Shown: piece after piece, positions 63,201-64,000 of the stretch
Layout of the letters: each line of letters opens with the position of its first letter
Numbering within the stretch: the first letter of the stretch is position 1
Source of the DNA: Verrucomicrobiales bacterium
GTDB taxonomy: Bacteria > Verrucomicrobiota > Verrucomicrobiia > Verrucomicrobiales > V1-33
Length of the DNA stretch: 64,000 bases
NCBI GenBank assembly: GCA_035550135.1
Contig: DASZQB010000107.1
Span: 12,064 to 76,063 of the forward strand
Reading direction: 5' to 3'
Translations under genes and position numbers: made by a program
Notes under the pieces: model-generated
Told to the model about the DNA's origin: nothing
The model's database searches: none
What the model saw: only the letters and a program-made list of their open reading frames with translations

Positions 63201-64000
63201 GGAGTGCACTAACATACTCCATGAGAGCCTGTGAATAGTCAGGACTCAACGATGGGGGATTGCTCCTTGCCTCCATTTCCCTGCAATACGAGATGCAGAG
63301 GTCCGTGAAGGCGCTCAGCTTGCCGGCCTCTTTCAGCGCCGGAATGATGGACTTTTCCGACACGCCCGCAATGGCCTGGAGCGGCGACATCTTCATGAGG
63401 AGATACTGCAGATTGCCAACCTCCTTTAGACCGGACGGTTGCAGGTGAAGCTGGTGCATCAGCCCGGAGATCACGTCGGGAGGAGCAGTTCCATTCCGCA
63501 CCAAATGGCGGGCGTAACGAATCGATCGGGCCGCAGCGCCGGATTTTGATTCCTTATCGCCGGGCACTCCATACCGATACATCGTGTAAAGATTGTGCGG
63601 GATGGGAACATTTTTCGGGTCGCGGGCCATGTCCGCCTCCATGCCGGCAAGTTCGGCCTCCCAGAGCTTTTCTTTCTGAAGCATCCCGGCCACTGCGGAT
63701 TTCACCTGAGGCTGGGAATCATTGAATGGCCGCCGCAGAATGGCGCGGGCCAAACGCACCGCTTCCTCCTTTTCCGCGGGACCTGCCTGCATCAGGCGGT
63801 CCATGCGCACCGCGTCCACCATGTCCTGATGCGCAGTCCGTGCCTCCGGCGTTGCCCCTTCCGGAAGAGCCGGCAAGTCCAGCCGGAATTGCTGTGGCGG
63901 CGGAAGCGCCTTGTCGGATTCCGGAAAGACATGCAGAGCCTGAGGCGATGCTGTCCCGGCAACACCGCTTCCATATCCTCGCGCAGCAAAAACCTCCTGG
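60274..64000 (-). CDS. large helical-repeat protein with a C-terminal WD40-like propeller, 5'-partial (N-terminus probably beyond the window end)
   Basis: The track start at 63876 is a TTG. My translation upstream of it (QEVFAARGYGSGVAGTASPQALHVFPESDKALPPPQQFRLD...) has no stop up to nt 64000. The C-terminal region has propeller-like segments (ALSSDGSQVAAGSIHGQVV, ACAPDGSAIAVAGH, SFSDDGSRLVFS). Confidence 0.8.
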   Translation of the reverse strand, partial: QEVFAARGYGSGVAGTASPQALHVFPESDKALPPPQQFRLDLPALPEGATPEARTAHQDMVDAVRMDRLMQAGPAEKEEAVRLARAILRRPFNDSQPQVKSAVAGMLQKEKLWEAELAGMEADMARDPKNVPIPHNLYTMYRYGVPGDKESKSGAAARSIRYARHLVRNGTAPPDVISGLMHQLHLQPSGLKEVGNLQYLLMKMSPLQAIAGVSEKSIIPALKEAGKLSAFTDLCISYCREMEARSNPPSLSPDYSQALMEYVSALHKAGADSDAKRLFPALLKVLPLSSHTGAALFVAIKDLSSELSMLPETAQILLEKLAPAELVLPADAVDFPRRRKFLEGCPGLFQYFILSGVDGKKVIAEVEIIKFLHEQNLSTPLVERARAEIEGAGRAQAPASIIRQLLLIAECVREPSSTPAKLEAFTTGGGTISFDLMTALPGADPLAYFRFLTKFHLQAVTSRSGPNAQHAYPWDVLKHAFPLALENKDTPLVQDILRLRMAGHQDQWEAAAKRPSDGQSRFYPDEFIVTFNHMLDHGMAEEAAAALRKNMPLLDAFAAGRDAEGLARTAAELWRKAQSPALPDLQNFLFTTGRRWLASMPPPEKSVGRDAYTRAQWVRICLAAKRWDEAAADIALLRKVPEAQTSSFNPPLADMEAQLAVGQRKVSDGEFLTWLAPGENDSLLLCWHRCGLRPGNPNTGDRSLRPPAPLLTWPADRAALPPAGELLSFTSGDGVSWNEGPSTKAVPLAGSLTLPRADFVRTQRRHDGKSEFNAVMRNGRALLRAAPPSASILVPDPNRKESWISTPKEVIWKALPPEDRPGAFGYSATVEARTGDSLSIASPEVPFEPLRRYQFTGWVRVAGTQGHLQAVLEGEPAPDPVPIRLMVYTVNASDGAWYFVDSGARDITPPDGYRYAPKLRVRLEFMPSLGPVGTPAKVTVSTCDWHLVELPQTAPPPWPVRTIGGTSMGITAIALSSDGSQVAAGSIHGQVVRCQSDGSNNRTCATLPAAIRWMEFISPSDILCVTEQGDLMRIPGEGEPKTLHRFQREERVLACAPDGSAIAVAGHFSWSLWKLKDGKVTAGPSLNLRDWSGDYNPGVSFSDDGSRLVFSRRAQTYDASGAAVESLLFRVFSTADGKPVPDLAKDGKSVPDFTLQRPNRPRGSPAWGEFTSGENSKVRVFMGDGVTVERTDGPANERRLTWKPHSLFSGSVAAFDHRTGTLFSGDSHGCILRWDLNQPGK

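Noticed and set aside
1-64000. Search for rRNA, tRNA, tmRNA, transposase, integrase or cas genes
   Set aside because: None recognised on either strand by eye. Small ncRNAs cannot be excluded without covariance-model scans.

Overview
High-GC window, probably from a Verrucomicrobiota (PVC) chromosome. That placement is an inference from a PEP-CTERM protein, a PVC-type dehydrogenase/HEAT/CxxCH haem protein, Pmp-like GGA[ILV]/FxxN repeats, a kinase-FGE fusion and many TSP3-like Asp-rich secreted proteins. Clear housekeeping genes are pstSCAB, metH, pta, fumC and a CusRS-like two-component pair. The rest is mostly large lineage-specific secreted or membrane proteins. I found no rRNA, tRNA, CRISPR array, transposase or integrase. 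Many long ORFs in the supplied track are GC-driven shadow frames opposite real genes, and several track starts are TTG/GTG or over-extended, so I re-called them. Two genes run off the window: a PQQ-propeller gene at 1-1149 (absent from the track) and a large gene at 60274-64000. The strongest lead is a 2572-aa Sec-signal, Pmp-repeat beta-helix protein. It ends in an AHH-type (HNH/EndoVII-like) nuclease motif, and a candidate immunity gene follows 17 nt downstream in a more AT-rich cassette, which resembles a polymorphic toxin module with no known delivery machinery. Other leads: (1) a foreign-looking ~300-bp in-frame insertion in the metH cap/B12 linker that carries a better-looking 85-aa ORF in another frame; (2) a tightly packed seven-gene secreted-protein cluster with a Ser/Thr kinase-FGE fusion, downstream of an ECF sigma gene; (3) a twice-frameshifted TIR-domain gene in a repeat-rich, AT-richer islet; (4) a dispersed ~100-nt three-hairpin repeat with compensatory stem changes; (5) a CusR-box-like palindrome facing a secreted four-EF-hand protein; (6) a shared C-terminal tail on four secreted proteins. 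All family assignments rest on motifs read by eye, and nothing was searched or computed.
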